Shown here in pieces: positions 61,297-64,000 of a stretch of 64,000 nt of DNA. The notes under the pieces were generated by a model, which saw nothing but the letters and a program-made list of their open reading frames with translations, was not told where the DNA came from and ran no database searches. Each line of letters begins with the position of its first letter. Positions within the stretch are counted from its first letter, which is position 1. The stretch comes from the human T2T-CHM13v2.0 reference genome, Homo sapiens: NCBI GenBank assembly GCA_009914755.4, contig CP086569.2, positions 8,544,001-8,608,000 on the forward strand. The letters are read 5' to 3'. The translations under genes and the position numbers were made by a program.

Positions 61297-64000
61297 ATAC
61301 TTATAAATGTAAAATGTTTTTCTTTGAAAGATACCACATTATCCAATTTTTACTTTTTTAAAATTCTTTCAAAGCGGCAATGGGGACAGGGAAATTTTAA
61401 AGCAAGTACTTCACAAGATGATTCCAATTTATATGGAATATTGTTCATTATAAAATTATTTTGTTTTTGAGTAAAATCAAAATATATATGCAAATACGAA
61501 ATAATATAATAAATACTAATTTAACCCCACTTAAAAATAACAGCTATTATTGCATTCTTTGTTCTATTTAAATTACCTCTGGTTCTAATTGGAATACATC
61601 CCATCAGGTTCATTTGCCTTTCTCTATTTCCAGAGTCGCCATTATCATGAGCCTGGTTTTACCTTTATATTTTTATACATTAAGATATGTATTTCTAAAT
61701 AATACTGGTGTTTCATGAGCTTTTAATGTTTATGTGAATATATAAGGTGTGTATTAGTTCACATTTTTTTGTTAACATTCTTATTGAGAGCTGCCATTAT
61801 TGATGGCATAGTTCTCAATCTACTGAATTTTATCATGTTCCATGATGTGCTTATTGAAATGCTCCAATGAAAAACCTTCCCTGTGCCTCTGGGTACACAT
61901 GTATGAGAGTTTCTAATGAGTATACTAGAAGAATGGCTGGACTGCAGTGTGCATACAGTTTTAATTTTGAGGGGATGAAATATTCTTATTAGCTCCCAGG
62001 ACTACCACTTTATTATTGTTGTTAATCCCTGCTAACTGGCTTAACATATGTCTTAGATTTTTCATTTTTAATGAAGTATTATTATAAGTTACATTGGTTA
62101 GAACCAGCATGTGTTTGTTAAATGTTCATTTTGTTTAATAATTATAGCTATTGTCAGGGCTCTATCAGTATGTGAGGAAAATAAAATATTAACAGAATGA
62201 TGACTTGAGTTGGGGGATAAGTGTGAAAATCAACTTTATTTTCCTAACAGTTTATACAAAACATAGTTAATGCTTCTTTTTCAAGTACAGCTTGCAGCAG
62301 AATGCTTGACAATAAATCAATATACGCTGAGTCAGTATTGGCTAGTAATGGCTAGCTTCTTCCAACCTTGCCTGGTGATGGAAGAAGTATTTAACATAGT
62401 TTTTTGTTTGTTTGTTTTTTCTATATGGTTCACTTATGTGACACTGCCAGATCATCATATGGTGGGTTTGGGGAAAATGAAGGAAACAATGAGCTAGATA
62501 TATGTAAATTATGTGCTAGAAATAGAAGCTTAGCACAGGCAGAGTAGTAACTGGTCTGGCCACAGGGGTTTTGTCATCTCTCATATACCTACAACTATTT
62601 ATTTATGGGCTATTTTCTAATGATTTTTTTAAAAATCTGCTTCAGCAGCAATGACTAAAAAATGCAAGTAGATATTTAATTAAAAACAACTCAATTTCCT
62701 TTCCAATCAAATTATGGGTTGAAACATACCTATAAACACATGGTGTAATCATTAAGCCTTGTATTCTGTGATTGGGACCACAGGCTAAAAGTGATATCCG
62801 GAAATCCAGAATATAGAAGGCTGAGAGGAAAAACCAGCTGCTACTTCAAAAGGTAATACTTAGTTACATCAAGAAAACTATGCCTGAAGATCACATTTTC
62901 ACAGATTTAATATGTGAATATGGAAAACTAAACATATAATTCTGAGATTGTTGGCTTTTTATTTACAACAAATTACTATATTTTAAAATCAATTGTGTAC
63001 ATTTTTTAATTCTAATTTTTCTGCACTTAAGAAATATGCATCAGTAATTTTAATATATTAGCTCCATTAGCTACCGAAGAAATTCTAAAAGAGTTGAATA
63101 ATGCCATTTAGATGTTTCAAACATAAAATTGGATTAAAAAATGGTTTGAATTTTTAATCAATCATTGGAACCGAAGTAATGCTGTTGAAATATTATTGTG
63201 TCAGAAAAAAAGAGAACATTGAATAATATGATAATTTTTTTAAAGTTCACTTGAAAAGCTAAACATTGTTGATAAAATTTATTGGTGACAAAGATAAGTA
63301 AACTTTGGAAAAGCTTACAAGTAACTTTATTTAAAAATCAATATAATATTCAAACAAATGCATTTTCCAGAAAAGAACTACAGATAATTTTGTTAAGAAA
63401 CAGATTAATACTTATAAATATGTTCTAGAATTATTATTCTGTCTCTTATTTGTAATATTTCAATAATAAATATAAAGAAGTTATTTTTTCTGTTTTGCCT
63501 CAGGCTATATAATTGTAGATTTAAATTTTTGAAGGGATTTCATTTCCAAAAATAGTTGGAAGGTACCTATTTCATAGGTCCATTGATATAGTAAAAGAAA
63601 TTGCCTGTAAGGAAATAACATAATAAATATTAAATAATTTTGCATATGTTAGTACTCTTTTATTCTAAAGAAAGTTTCCTAGGGAACAATAAATATTTTA
63701 TTCACCTTAATTTTACTGAATATCATTAGATAGTGGGACTTGTGATTGATGGAACCAAATTACCATTCCTTACATCCTTGACTACACTCGGTGTTATTTT
63801 AATAGTGGCCAAGCAAATTAACAAAAGTTGGAATGTAATGTGGTTTTGATTTATATCCCTGGATTACAAATGAGCTCAAGCATCTAGCCATTTTTCATTG
63901 GTCATTTGACTTTCTTCTTTTCTAAAATGTATTTACCTGTCCTGCTTTCTTCTACTGGGCTAGATTGTCTTTATATTTTCTTTTCTAGTTATTTTGAGTT

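Overview
The window is primate (hominoid) nuclear DNA, not prokaryotic. It carries many Alu elements, an SVA, L1s and ERV LTRs, and no CRISPR, operon or rRNA/tRNA structure. The central feature is an intron-containing RBMY-family pseudogene on the + strand (about 18.3-28.5 kb). It has a single SRGY-box exon and several nonsense codons, which marks it as an RBMY2-type pseudogene and places the window on the male-specific Y chromosome. Upstream of it (about 8.8-11.7 kb, + strand) I recognise four exons of a chymotrypsin-fold (S1) serine-protease-like gene, seen in the sequence itself. The catalytic His and Asp motifs are retained, the GDSGGP serine motif is degraded, and at least one frame disruption is present. 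This is a serine-protease-like gene or pseudogene and may correspond to the Y-linked PRSSLY, though that identification is tentative. Two GC-rich segments (13.0-15.4 kb and 41.1-43.6 kb) form an ancient direct duplication of roughly 80% identity that flanks the RBMY pseudogene, about 28 kb apart. Copy A retains CpG-island character, twin CCAAT boxes and proline-rich ORFs. The 5' part of the window (3.0-7.2 kb) is a roughly 66-bp minisatellite array split by an AluY and a solo ERV LTR. Other notable elements are a full-length L1PA on the minus strand nested in an older L1, a twin-primed inverted L1 fragment, an antisense SVA, and an LTR12-type LTR. All coordinates are approximate to within a few bp, from manual reading.
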